DNA of 61,505 nt, filler included, from Sphacelaria rigidula (lineage: Eukaryota), in assembly GCA_964200075.2 (NCBI GenBank). It is 10 parts of 10 records of this genome, joined end to end, with 100 filler letters (N's around TTAATTAATTAA, not from the genome) between each part and the next. Parts side by side here need not be neighbours in the genome. Positions count along the whole stretch, not along the records: positions 49,286 to 55,345 come from CAXNAA020022506.1; positions 55,446 to 61,505 come from CAXNAA020022507.1; 8 more parts are not named here. One strand, written 5' to 3'. A program made the position numbers and the translations under genes. Shown piece by piece: positions 49,286 to 61,505 of this stretch (position 1 is the first letter of the stretch; every line of letters begins with the position of its first letter). The notes below the pieces were generated by a model. The model had not been told where the DNA came from. It saw nothing but the letters and a program-made list of their open reading frames with translations, and did no database searches.

Positions 49286-51262
49286 TCAACTCACGTCACA
49301 CAAACCCAGTCGACCAGTTTGTTTACTCACGATCTCACGCTTTCCACGGTGAGCATCATACATCACCAAGAGGCTACTAATTCAAGTTCGAGACGTACCG
49401 CTACATTTGAGAGTTTGGCACCGGTTGCCCGCTTTCTTGTCAGTACTCGGGTACAGGGCCCAGTGTTTTGGAGTCATTTCCAGGTCTCGGTGCTTGCGAG
49501 AAAGGTGTCGTCTAAATGATACCGATGGGAAACAGGGTGATGGAAAACAACGCGTTTGTCCGTGTCGTATCTCTTCAATTTCCCTGGCGGTTGTGTCGTA
49601 CCGTAGTGGTGTTCGAAGCATCTTGGTCTCTTCTTACGCGCGAAATTGACGTGACATGGAAGGACTATTGCGGCCAACCACGGAAAAGCGGACATTTTAG
49701 CTACATAATAAATATGACATGGGTATGACGCATGCACAACACACACACTCCTCCAAGCGCGCAACACACAAGAACCAAAGCAGCGGAAGGGACTGGTTGC
49801 GATGAACCAAAGCAATGATTAAATGTAAGGCTGCTGCTTTTGCGAACGCAAACCATGACGTGAATGTTCACCGCCTGGTGGCATCCGACAGCTTTCCTTC
49901 GTGAACATGTGCAACGTACCAGTGCTATCTCTACTGTAAGGTCACACAGTACAATGCAGCTGCTGACAAAGTGGAAAACGTATCTGAGCTGAAGAGAGTT
50001 TTGTAACGTGAAGGTCGAGTCGGAAATTCAGTCGACAATTCGCTCGAACGTTAAATCGATTTCCGTTGAAGGTAGCGCGAATGATGATTATGATGAACAC
50101 ACAGCCACTCGATCACTCTGCTGTGCCTTACCCTGCCTCGACATCCCCGAAAAGCTTAACTGTTCGAGGCAACATAAAAAAGTGTGATGAAAGACAACCG
50201 GAGAGTTTCCCTCCTCCCGACATCTCTAGCGCAAGCCCAATCTTTGTCTTACGAGTAATCGGCTGACCATTGGGACCCACAGCGGTGCTTGACATTGCTG
50301 TCGTTTACCTTCACGGGTACTTTCACGGGTACAAATATTCACCACAGGATCGCAGCATTTCAGCTACCGGTACACTCTGATTTCGGACACCTCTGTATCG
50401 CGTTTCCCCCTCCGAAGGAAAGCTTTCATCTGTAAGGCTTGAGGCACCCACAAGCTGAAAAAATATCACACGAAAGTCGACTACGTGTTGGTTAAACATT
50501 GCCACTTGTTTCAAAATGTCTTCTATGATACAGTAGCAAGAGACGTGACCTCATGGAGAAATGCGTGATATGCGTGGGGGTATTGCATCCCGGCATGGAA
50601 GATATACGCCCTTGTACGGCACTGCACGGTGCTGTCTATTGATGGTGCTATAACTGAGTACTGCGTGTTCCGTAGCATATGATTACGTTTGGTAACTTTC
50701 CATGGGAGATCACTGCACCGTCGTTGCCGGATGTGCCTGTCACCTATCGACATTCACCTTGCGTAACGGATGGGCCGCTGCTAAGCCGTATATTACACCC
50801 GGTCGGATGTGTTGCTCAACAATCGAATATTACCTTGACGACCATGTGCCCAAGCAACGGAAACATGAGCAGCCAAACATTTCACCTGATAACATCGAAA
50901 AACTGCCGACAATATGTTTCGACACGGAGTGCGGGTATAATCGGATTTCCCCTCCAAATTATGCGGGGTGGAGTCGTCATGTTTGTAAACGACAATACGT
51001 TGGGAAGGAATCCATTCTGCGGGCGATAAGGTTACGTATTTATGAGCCCCGACCTTGGACAAGAAGGGGTACGAGGCATTTCAGCAATGACCTTTTCGGG
51101 GTATGAGGGTACTATCCCAAAAAAGACTGCACCCGGTGCACCTACCTTGTGAATGCTTCGTCAAAGTACGATGCAGTGGGGGATGGGGCCCGGACCCCAT
51201 TTCGCGTATGACCTTGGGAGGCGAGTGACGTTATTGGCTTGTGTTTGAGGGAGCCTCGTTTA

Positions 51263-51524
51263 CCGGCGTTGGGCTACAAATGTCCATGGTTGACACAATT
51301 TTACAAGCATCGCTACCCCTAATCCTAACCCCAACCCAACGCATACCAAGAACTCTTGGGCAAGGGCGGTACATACATTCCCTAGGCAAAGTGCGGCCTT
51401 ACAGACCCCAAATCTGCGCACGCGAGGAGCACACGGGACTGTCAGCCCTACAAAACACCCGGTTCTCCTTGTACACACTCAAATCGAGTAATATAAATCA
51501 TGGACATTTGTAGCCCCACGCCGG
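51263..51524. mobile_element. MITE with 26-bp TIRs, TA flanks and a telomere-like core
   Basis: TA|CCGGCGTTGGGCTACAAATGTCCATG ... CATGGACATTTGTAGCCCCACGCCGG|TA, one mismatch. Confidence 0.85.
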
Positions 51525-53038
51525 TAAACTCCACTGGTTTGAGGCGACTATTCGACTAGTCCTGTGGAAGTTTGAGCAAGAAACGATTCGGTGGTGTGCT
51601 CGACCACTTGCGCGCGTTTAATCAAGTACAGCACCTTTGATGGGCGGAAACACACAAAGTGTACCTTATCTAGACTGTTGAAAACGTCGGGATTGATTCT
51701 AGAAACTCTCGGCAAACTGAAGATGTACCGGGACAGAATCTTCTTGATAAAATTGCCAGACGAAGCCCGCATCACGAGTCAGACCTCTCACACACAAACA
51801 AAGGAAGTCAAGATGAACTGAAAGGAGCGCGACTAAAGCCGAGCGTTCAAACGCGGCACTCACCCAAAATGGAAGACCTGTCCAAAATTAGGCGGAGGAC
51901 TATTGAGAGAACATTGGACATGCCTGTTTCACTGTACCGCAGGAAAAACACACTCACGCTCTTTCTCATGTGTTGGAGCTTTCACTGTCCGTACTCTGGT
52001 GTGTTGACGCATTGCGAAGACAGTTTGGATTGCATGAGCTGCGATTACTCTCCATCGGCTCACATTTTCTGCCGGAGAAAATAGGAGAAAATAAAATAAA
52101 CGGTTCTATGATGGACGGTTAGGTACCATTACAAGGGTCACACAACCCATCTGAGTGTGCCGTACAGTAACAGCACCCCGACCGCCCAACATCACGATCA
52201 TCCCCACAAGCGAGAGCGAGATCACATCCACACTAACACTACAGTCAAGTGCAGTCAGTCGTTGTGGAGTATAGTGTCGGGTCTGGATGTCCGTCAAACT
52301 ACGTAATACAAGCAGCAGCACCGTTTTGCGACGTCGGGAGTGCAGCTTTTCCAAGTCGAAAGCGGAAGCTTGCACCACTTTGGGAGAAGGAACTTGACGT
52401 TGCAACTTTCCGAGAGTCAACAAAGCGGCAAACGTGCGTCTTTTCCCCGGTGTTCACACAACGGCCTCCGACTAGCGATTTTCTAACTTCCAGTATAAAA
52501 CAGCCAGTCGCCTATCATGTTTTTTATGATTATTTTTTTATTTTGTTATTGAGTGATGCCGCCAAAAGCCCCCTCCCAAACCAGCCCCAAAATTGCAAAT
52601 AGGAGAAATCAGCAAACCTCACAACACATGGTGGTTGGCTTCGGACTGCATGAAGCGCCTCAGATAGGTGACATTGACGAAAGCGATCCCAAGCGTGGGC
52701 GTTCCCAGCTGCTCGGTATGTTCGCCTTTCGTCATTTTTTGTTTACATGTAGGTTTTACTTCCTCAGACTTTTGTGGGGGTGGCTATCGCGACGTCAGCC
52801 TATTTTGTTGTTTTTGGTGTGATGAAGCATTCATTTCCCTTGCAAGCGTAAGAGAAGCGAGACCAATTTCATTCCCAGAATTACACTGTCACTACTAAAC
52901 AGCGGTTGCACACGTGGTTTGCGGCTTGTAGCGCAAAACTACCGCTATACACTGCTGTGGACTGTCCTTCAATATCCACGGAGCTATCAAGCTGTTACTG
53001 TATAACTTTGCTGCGTGAAAACACCCCACAAATTGCGC

Positions 53039-53078
53039 TACGGTACGGTACGGTACGGTACGGTACGGTACGGTACGG
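53039..53078. repeat. (TACGG)8 microsatellite
   Basis: Direct reading. Confidence 0.95.
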
Positions 53079-55345
53079 CACGGTGTGCAGTGCACGTACG
53101 AGTTCGGAACACAGCAGAGATGACTACGAGTGTAACGGACATCGTAGTACAGTACGCGTAGTGTTTGGCCCGTTGCATGAAAATATCAAAAGGGATCACC
53201 AGCCCCTTCAATCCCGAATCCATCACCTGAAGCTTTGCTGAAATGTAAAGCGATCTGCTCCAGCGCCGCAGCTACTATAGTTTCACGCTGCAAGGGCTAT
53301 CCATGGACCGTTGCACACATGTCCAGGGGACTGCTCAGGAAATACAAAACACTGTCATTTTACTTCAGTCACCGCTTGAAATGCTCCAAGAGCAGTGTGA
53401 TTCCAAGAACAAGTGTACATCTAGTATATCGTCACCAAATCAGCTGGGTCCAGCGCTTTACTTCGGTGTGGTGCCAATATACAGTAACTTGTTTCAGTGC
53501 GGTCCAATTAGTACTTCGAGCTCTACCCCCCCCCTCCCCCCGTGCCGTCTGATTCCGACGGTGAAAGCATGACATGGCACGGGTAGCCGTGGTTGCTATG
53601 CACTACGCCGTGGAACACGTTTTCGAATGCGTGCTGAGGATCATGCAGGCTGGAAGATGCAAACGCTCTCTCCGTTCTCACACGTACCCGCCTTCGCGAG
53701 GCGCCTTGTCCCCACACGTTTGATAATATCAATGCTAGACCGTCGTGTAGCGTGTCGGTGTCGAAAGTCTTCTCTGACGTAACACCTGAAACTGAAAATT
53801 CTGAGTCGTCGATGGAACGTTGTGTCAGCTCCCTTCAGATAACCTAGCGAAGTGAAAGGTGTTGCCGTTGCCTTGCGCCTTACATTCCTTGATATCGGAG
53901 TGCAGCAGGATTACGCTAGCCCAGCTCCCCTGCACGTCGCCAGCATGGATATGGATATGGATGTGCAACTGACCACCAGCATGGACGTACATGTGACGGC
54001 GCTTAGCACGCCTTGAAGAACCGAGTTGACCGACTTATTGATTCGATTTTTCTTCCCCCCTTAGCCTTAGCCTTAGCCTTAACGTTAACATTAACATTAA
54101 CGTTCACAACTACATCCATGTCCACATTACCCGATCCGCTAATAAGCTAATAAGCTAATAAGCTAATAAGATAGACGTACCGGAGGTGAACGAACGGAAA
54201 TACTTGCTAAAGGAACGGAAGAGAAATGGAACGAAAGAGAAGAGAGGAGAGGACAAGCATAGTAAGCTGAAAACGAGAAAAACAATAGGAGAGGAGAGGA
54301 AGAAGGGACAGGAAAGAAGAGAAAAAACGAAGAGCAGCAAAACTCCAGGCTGAGATGGAGTACCGATCCCGAGAACCCTCCTGTATCAGACCTCTGCCGT
54401 ACGGCTTCAGGTAAGGAGGCCGGGCAGAACAGACCAAAGCTCGTGCAAGGCGACTACAGTATCTTCCGTTTGTACCTTACTGTCGGCTTGCCGTCGGTTG
54501 ACGTGCATTTGTGATTGAAGGCGTGCGCGTCGGTTGATTGGCATGACGGTGATGCACTTCGGCTTCGCTACCTCGCTACTTGCCAGGATGGCCGCACGTG
54601 TAGTGGCGTGCGGCATTCTCTTTCACGCAGCAATCATCTCCCGTTTCTGCCGTTCTGTCGTCTGGCCTTCGATCGGCGTGTCTCGTTGATCTGTGACGTG
54701 TGTGTGTGTGGGTTTATTGACACGACAGTGATGCAGTTCGGCTTTGCTGCCTTGGAGGTGGGTAGCATCAGGCCCAAGAACACTAAATCTGTGCTGCTCA
54801 AGAACTCACTGGATGCAGCTATCGGGTAAGCACCACGCATGTAAAACTATATCGGCCGGTGTTCGCTGTGGAATTGATTGTGTTGACTAGAAAACGCCAA
54901 GCGCTCGCAATTGCAAGACGTCGATCGAACGCTGCCATACAATAGTGGCGCTGCTTGATCTCCATCATCGTTCTTTGCATGAAAGTGCAGCCCCCAGATG
55001 ATGATATCGCTCGGATGACACGGAACAGCTCAATGCGGTGGCGCGAAAAAATGATGCTACGAGTACTGTATCGACGGAAATAAGTTGAACTCTCAAGATT
55101 TTGGTAGTTTTCCCGTTGGCGTTGCTCAAGTCCAGGTAGGGTTTGTGGGCATGTCTGGCGAAGACTGACCGCGTGCCGGGAGCTTGAATAGACCCGAAGT
55201 GGCATGAACGCCAAATGTGATGCCCCGCAGGCAGCTGCATAGACGGTGTGATTCTTGTAGCCAATTCACAGTTGACCACACCTTGGACAATATATGGTCA
55301 ATAGTTGCAATAGACAAGAAACGTACTGCATAAAGTATAGGCCTA

Positions 55346-55445
55346 NNNNNNNNNNNNNNNNNNNNNNNNNNNNNNNNNNNNNNNNNNNNTTAATTAATTA
55401 ANNNNNNNNNNNNNNNNNNNNNNNNNNNNNNNNNNNNNNNNNNNN
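55346..55445. other. Artificial contig spacer
   Basis: N44-TTAATTAATTAA-N44. Confidence 0.98.
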
Positions 55446-55857
55446 ATAGGTGCTCCCGAGAGCAATCGATTGTTGACGGCAATGCCCATATTGGTAAATA
55501 CCAAAAAATGCCTTGGCGTTTTTTGCGGCAGAGGCTACCGATAGACGGCTCACCAAATCTATTGATGTAGCTATTGATGGATAACTCACTTCATCTATTG
55601 ATGACGGCGATGGCTATCGATGGATGGCTCACCAAACCTATTGATTACGGCAATGGCTATCGATGTATACAACCCAGAATCTATTGCGGTACACCATTTC
55701 CATCGATGGCGAGTAATCTTCATCTGTTGTTCCTTGCAATGCATATCAATAGATGTCTTTCACCATCTATCGTGTTCGATAATATATATCGATAGATTTT
55801 ACGCCGTGTCTATTGCTGAACCAATGAACTATTATTGCGTCCATTGTCCAGGGTGTG
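55446..55857 (-). mobile_element. Family D element, partial
   Basis: Reverse complement of 41867-42345; ends in ATTGTCCAGGGTGTG. Confidence 0.8.
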
Positions 55858-56111
55858 CAATAATCAGTTTTCAGATATCGGTAAAATGCCCCTAACTCAT
55901 GGAAAAAAAACTTGTGTGCACTGGTAAACTTTTTTATTATGCCCTATTCATTGTCCATACCAAATTTCAGGGTCCAACTCCAAGTATTGGCCGTATAATG
56001 GGCCTGCAAACTACAGAATCGCTTCTCGGCTGGCCCAGCTCTTAGTAGCGCACGAGAAAGGTCAAATGGAGCGAGGCAACGCACTGAGTGCCAAGTCATG
56101 GGATCGCTTTA

Positions 56112-56455
56112 TGTGTTGTCATCCTATCTATTCTGGACGCCAGTCTACACACCTCAGCCAGGGTCACACGGAACAAGAGCCAACACAGAAGTTTTCACAT
56201 TTTTGTTTGTTTTAGCACTCCACTCTCCTTTTGCAGTGCTTGCCTTATTTTTTTATCGCGAGAGGGATTCAGCAGTTCTTTTCCCCCGTCGACCTTAAAG
56301 TCGAATTTTGTGTACCCACGACGTAGTCGCTCTCCACTGTTGTGTGTGTATTGTGAGATAAAACCCCAGATCGTGAGATTTCACAGAGATTTGAACTCAC
56401 GACCCAACCGTCAGAAGGTTTTTGAGGTTACCAAATGAGCCACCGAGGCAACCGG
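56112..56455 (-). mobile_element. SINE family A, near full length
   Basis: Head, body and GACAACAC tail are colinear with 35325-35670. Confidence 0.8.
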
Positions 56456-57751
56456 CATGTCTATACCGCACAGCTTTGATGCGACGATATTTACCATCAT
56501 CTACGTTTGATATCACCGCCCACGAACCGAGAGGCTTTGCTCGTGAGAGTTGGGGAAACGAACGCACTGTAACGAAACAGAAGCCTTGAAAAATCAACAG
56601 ACACACACGTAAGACGGAGTACAGAGAAGAAAAACAAAATGAAAGAATGCGGACAACATTACTATTATCAGCTGTTAGGGACCTCCCAGGAACAAAAACC
56701 CACGAATTAAAACTCTCGCATGTACCTGTCCATGAAAAGCCTGAATCTACGTTGCGTCTCGCTCTCCTTGCCATGATGCTGCGTGGACGAGTCGCCACTG
56801 AAAAAAGGGTTACCCTCCAGCAGGCTGGCATGCGCCTGGACGTAGCGCCGGGGACAAACCAAGCGCGTTGAGAGAAGAGACAACAAGGGCTTGATAAGGT
56901 GCTCGTGGAATAGCAGCTAGTCATCGCACGGCGGGAGCAAACAGTACGTTATTCGATGTTTGCCCCGTGACGACTCGCTCTCGTGCAACGAAAGTGACAA
57001 CTATCGAAATACAGCCCTTTGCCTTGGGAAACGCTCCATTGAGCGGTGGCGCGAAGCGCCAAAAAGCTTGTAGATATTTTATCAGTTCCAATTTGTTCTG
57101 AGATTTCGTTCCCTGCACACAGATGTCTTGCTGCATTTCCTTCACTTGCTTTTAGAGTACATATCTTTCGGGGGCCATTTCGTTGTCTGAAGCTGTGAAG
57201 AGCTGGCATTTCTTCTTGACTTTAATTTAGAGGTCACTTTTTCGCTGGTTATACGTATCAGCCTCTTCGCTTCCATTTCGCCGGACATTACGGCACGTTC
57301 CGGTTTTGCTTGTGTTTGGAGCGCACACGCTTTCTGCGCTGAGTTCTGCATGGCGTTTTGGCGTTGCGATGCATTCCGTTTGATGCATTCACTCGCTCGA
57401 CGTCTCGGTGGACCCTTTGGCCGTCGAAGACGTTACCTCTCGACTACACACAGGCCACATGCATTCGTTGAACCGGCATCGTTTTGACTTGAAAATTGAA
57501 TCGGCATCATGCTCAATTGAATCGGATTTATGCGAAACGGCAGTGTGCCATCGCTCTCCGTTTGATTCTCGGGGCACACTTCGAGCATGTTGTGATCTTG
57601 CCCGCATGTCGCATCGTCTCGACTGTACTTCCTTTCTACTGTCCCTGGACTGCTGCTGTAGCTGCTGCTGCTACTCTACCGTGCATGCGATTTTTTTTCA
57701 TCATGAGGCACTAAAAACAACGGCTTCTACTTGTCCACATTCGAGTCGACA

Positions 57752-57840
57752 GCCGGTCGCCCCGGTGGCTCAGTCGGTAACCTCGAAACCTTTTGAGGAT
57801 TGGGTCGTGGGTTCGAATCTCAGTGCAATCACACGATCTT
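57752..57840 (+). mobile_element. SINE family A head only
   Basis: GCCGGTCGCCCCGGTGGCTCAGTCGGTAACCTCG...GGGTTCGAATCTC. Confidence 0.75.
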
Positions 57841-59736
57841 GCCCCTCATGATGAAAAAAACGGTATGGCCGCACGCACTTTCTTTTTATATAAATTATAA
57901 TCGAATTGGCACCACTTTCACGATGTCAATCATGCAATCGCTCTCCATAGACTCAACTTGGCATCATATTTATTCGTCAATCTTGGGACTGGAGATCAGT
58001 CAAGAAAAATGGTCGCGCTATCTCGACACAGCTGTCGGGACACGGGCCCGCCTATCATTTTTTGGATCGTTCCTCATTGGATTCTGAACGGATTTACGCG
58101 CCGTGGTGGCTATTTGATCGCGACCATGGATGATCTGTGCAATCAGCATCCGTTTTACTTGAAAAATCACTGCACATTTATATTACGCAAAATCAAGGGC
58201 GAATCATAATGCTTTGTGTATTTTGAGCCAGGGGAAAAGTGCGAGCTTACACCCAAGCGGCGAGGCAATATTGACTGTGATGACCGCATCACGACGGACG
58301 AACCGTCTAACATGGCGCAGCACCGTCAGTGTGGAGTACTGAGTGGTGGTTGTACAAAGAAAAATCAAAGAACTGTCGCGGATCTGAAAATTTACGCAAC
58401 ACAACTCAGCCAGCTTGCAATGAATCACGCGCCAGAACTTAACCTTTGGGTGATTTGTTTCTACGATGGCAGTTTTGCAAGGGCAGGTCGAGTAGAGTAT
58501 ACTTAATTGCGAGGTATTTTGAAAGACGTACTTGGGGTACTCGAGTTAGGGTATAGTGTTGGGAGTCGTACCCAAAAAATAGCTGGGAAGCGATTCCTGC
58601 AATGCTACCCCCAATTTGTGTACGTTAAGCACGACTTTCGAAATACCCCGCAATTGAGTTTACTCTACTCGACCTACCCTTGCAGTTTTGTTGCCGATCG
58701 TCCGCGGCAAAGACCACGTTGAGACGGAAGTCCAAGTGACTCCCCACCTGGACCGGTGCCTCATGGGCATGTCAAGTGCTCGGGATCGGCGCGAGCCTCG
58801 AGTGTGACTCATATTTCTGCTGCTCCAACGTTTTGAAGCGATGGTCGCCACGAGCGTCTTCTGCATGTTTGCGGTAGTGCATCGACACACCAACCAACCC
58901 CATGAGCCCCGGCGAGAACTCTCAAGCTTCAACACCGCACAGAGCCGGAGAGACTATACACGTTTGTCTTTTCTGTCTCGCAGTTTAGGTAGACTATATT
59001 TGTCTTTAACCTTGTCCAATTATTCCAACCGTTTTTGTCGTCGTTTTCTTAGTTGAACCTCATTTTTTTCTTACCCACGTCCATTTCCACCATGCGCCCG
59101 GACGCTGGAGATTTTTGAGTCGACTCGAAAACGATCGAATTTTTCCCCTTTTACGGGAGCTTGAAAACGTTGGGGGGGGTGCCTCTTTTACGGGGCGTAC
59201 TCATTTGTTGCTCGCCTTTGTGGTGTGACCATTGACCACGCATCCCTTTCGAGACGGAGGGAGGGGGGGGGGGGCGTAGTTGCCGTCCTGATCGTCACTG
59301 GGACTTGATGCTAGATAGTCCCAAACCGTTTTGAAGATCTTCTCGTCATACTTTAGGACCCTTTCCAACGCCCACGCCCTCCTCCGCGCCCTCACTCAGC
59401 TATGTTCTTATTCACGTCCTCTGCCCCAATTCTCGGAAAAACTCGACAAAGCGCCAACTTCGGGTAGATTTTGGCCCAGTTTTCGTATAAACATGTAGCC
59501 TCATTTTTTCCCCAATTAGAATCGCCTGTGTCATGTCGTTGTTATGGACCCAACCATAGCATCATCAGCAACTGTGTTGGGGGGATGTGATTTGCACCCA
59601 TATTTCACCGAACTAATGGGACAGAGGAGGTATCACGCAAAGATGCAGCTGTGCAACACATTCACACGAGCCCATGTGAGCATTGAAAAATCACAATCCG
59701 AAAGCGGTTGACACAAAAACATTCGCCTTGAGACAC

Positions 59737-59925
59737 CTTGTTGAGCAGGCCCTCGACCGTTGTGTACATACTGCCCAGCGTCCCCATTTCCAGGACCAGC
59801 TCTAACTCCGGCAGCTCCAGCATCGCAGTGTCCGACTTGAGCACGTCCCTGCGGAAGTCTTCCCTGCATGTGGCCTTTAAGGAGTACTTCGTTCCCCGAT
59901 TTGGTATGGCGCCGCCACCCTTGAC
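59737..59925 (-). CDS. ZPR1: Zinc finger protein ZPR1 exon (VKGGGAIP...RDVLKSDTA..PELEL..GTLG..YTTVEGLL)
   Basis: ZPR1 A/B domain motifs RDxLKSxT, PELE and TTxEGLL. 189 nt, phase 0-0, CAG and GT boundaries. Confidence 0.92.
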
Positions 59926-61454
59926 CTGCGGCGGAACCGATCGAGCACAACAGGTTAGAAATGTACGGTGTAGTATCATCATCATGAACAATCAGCGATT
60001 ACCGCCATGATCACCCACACTAGCGGTCGAAGGATTATGTACATTCTCTACATTTCGATACGTGTATGCGAAGTTTCAATGTATATATACACGAGAATCT
60101 TAGTAGGTACTGAGATTATGTTATATGCTCTTATTAGACTAGGAACTAAGATTAAGATTATGTTTGAACGGCTTCCCTGCAGGCAAGTGTCCTTTTGCAA
60201 TGCACAACAGCACAGCATTTACCCGCACTACAAAACACCATATCGCGGTATTTCACTCTTCCGTTCTCCATGACGAACAGCACAACAGAACATTTCCCAT
60301 TTCCCTTATCGGAATTCGTCCTTCCGTCGCGGAATATACATGGTTCGGGATTCCACACAACCTGTAGCTTCAGCACCAGTAGAGAGTTTCGGAAACAAAA
60401 AACGGCTGGAAAAACTGAGGGCAAGGGGCCTTACAGACTGGAATACTTTATACACCGCCCCCAATTCCCGAAAACCTCATTCTTGGCGACGGGGGACGGG
60501 GGAAAAAGGGGGGTACCCCCTTTTGGGAGGGGTGGGTACCCCCTGATCAAATGGATAATGACGATAGTAGGTACTATACTGAGCAGTACGTGAATGAACG
60601 GCTTTTCCCGGCTTGTGCTAGGCTTCTTATTAAGTTGTGTATGCTACGGTCAAGTCTTCATTATTATTCGTGGGAACAGCATCCTCTCGTAATAATCGAG
60701 TCGACAGCATGCGGCACGACACATGAATCTGTCAAAAGTTCTGAAAACGTAGTCATGGTTGTTGTAAGACCCGCATTTGTTGGAACAGATTATGCCAGCA
60801 TGAACAAAGAATACAGAACTGTGCCTTGTTGACTTATTTCTTGAGCGAAACCATCTTCACGAGATTCTCATTTGTCGCTTCTGCTTGTGTCGCTGTGCAG
60901 TATCCCGACCTTTAGAGATTGCCCGTCGACACAGCTGTCCGAACGCGGGCACTGCCTACACGAGCACCAGGTGATCATCCTTGAATCATCTACAGTTGGT
61001 TGATAGCATGGGAGTACTGTCAGAACATTTTTATGCCGGTTACAACTATACAGTCAAGTCACACTAGTAGTGTATACCTCTGGTGTCACCCAGCAACACG
61101 TACAACTCGTGGTACGCCATCGGGTTCACGTCTTGAGCACACGGCCCTCTCCAGCATTGCGGCCTCACTACTACAACACCTACCCTAAAGTCATTTTCCA
61201 GCGGTCACCTTGACTGAAAGTCGTCATCAAACGTTCAAGTTCTCTTCCCTGCGGCCGCTAGAACAACTGATATGCCCAAACTCTTCGGTTTCGGGCTGCT
61301 CGGGTACAGGCCAGCATCGTGTTAGTGGAGGTACTGTTCAATTCCGCATTCTGGCGAAGAAACAGGAAGAGGAAGGTTTTCGGACACCATTTTTCGATTT
61401 TCTTCATTCTCGACCGCCTCTTGGGGGGGAGGGGGTATAACGTATTCTTCTCTA

Positions 61455-61505
61455 GCCGGTCGCCCCGGTGGCTCAGTTGGTAACCTCGTAACCTTCTGAT
61501 GGTTG
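61455..61505 (+). mobile_element. SINE family A head (truncated by window end)
   Basis: Identical to 12150-12200. Confidence 0.8.

Noticed and set aside
55277..55857. One family D element apparently spanning the spacer between contigs 9 and 10
   Set aside because: Contig order is by length and assemblies break in abundant repeats, so the adjacency is probably coincidental.
891..59925. All identified genes lie on the minus strand
   Set aside because: The contigs are independent and their orientation is set by the assembler, so no biological inference is possible.

Overview
This is eukaryotic DNA, not one locus. It is ten unrelated short contigs (five of 6061 bp, then five of 6060 bp, so size-sorted) joined by artificial 100-bp N44-TTAATTAATTAA-N44 spacers. 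Short GT-AG exons in long repeat-filled introns, plus EsV-1-7 cysteine-repeat genes, point to a brown alga (Phaeophyceae; inference). Recognisable gene fragments, all on the minus strand: CCT2/TCP-1 beta (4 exons), a complete-looking 7-repeat EsV-1-7 protein, a single-repeat EsV-1-7 exon, the eIF3d 3' end (4 exons), SMC3 coiled-coil (4 exons), ZPR1 (1 exon), and exons of two unidentified genes. The rest is mostly tRNA-headed SINEs, several TIR/MITE families and microsatellites. The most notable observation is the 277-bp intron of the EsV-1-7 gene. It is end-to-end an inverted-repeat element, flanked by an AGGT direct repeat that supplies both splice sites, with related copies elsewhere in the window, which makes it an Introner-like candidate. 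All homology calls come from my recall of the protein families, not from a database search.
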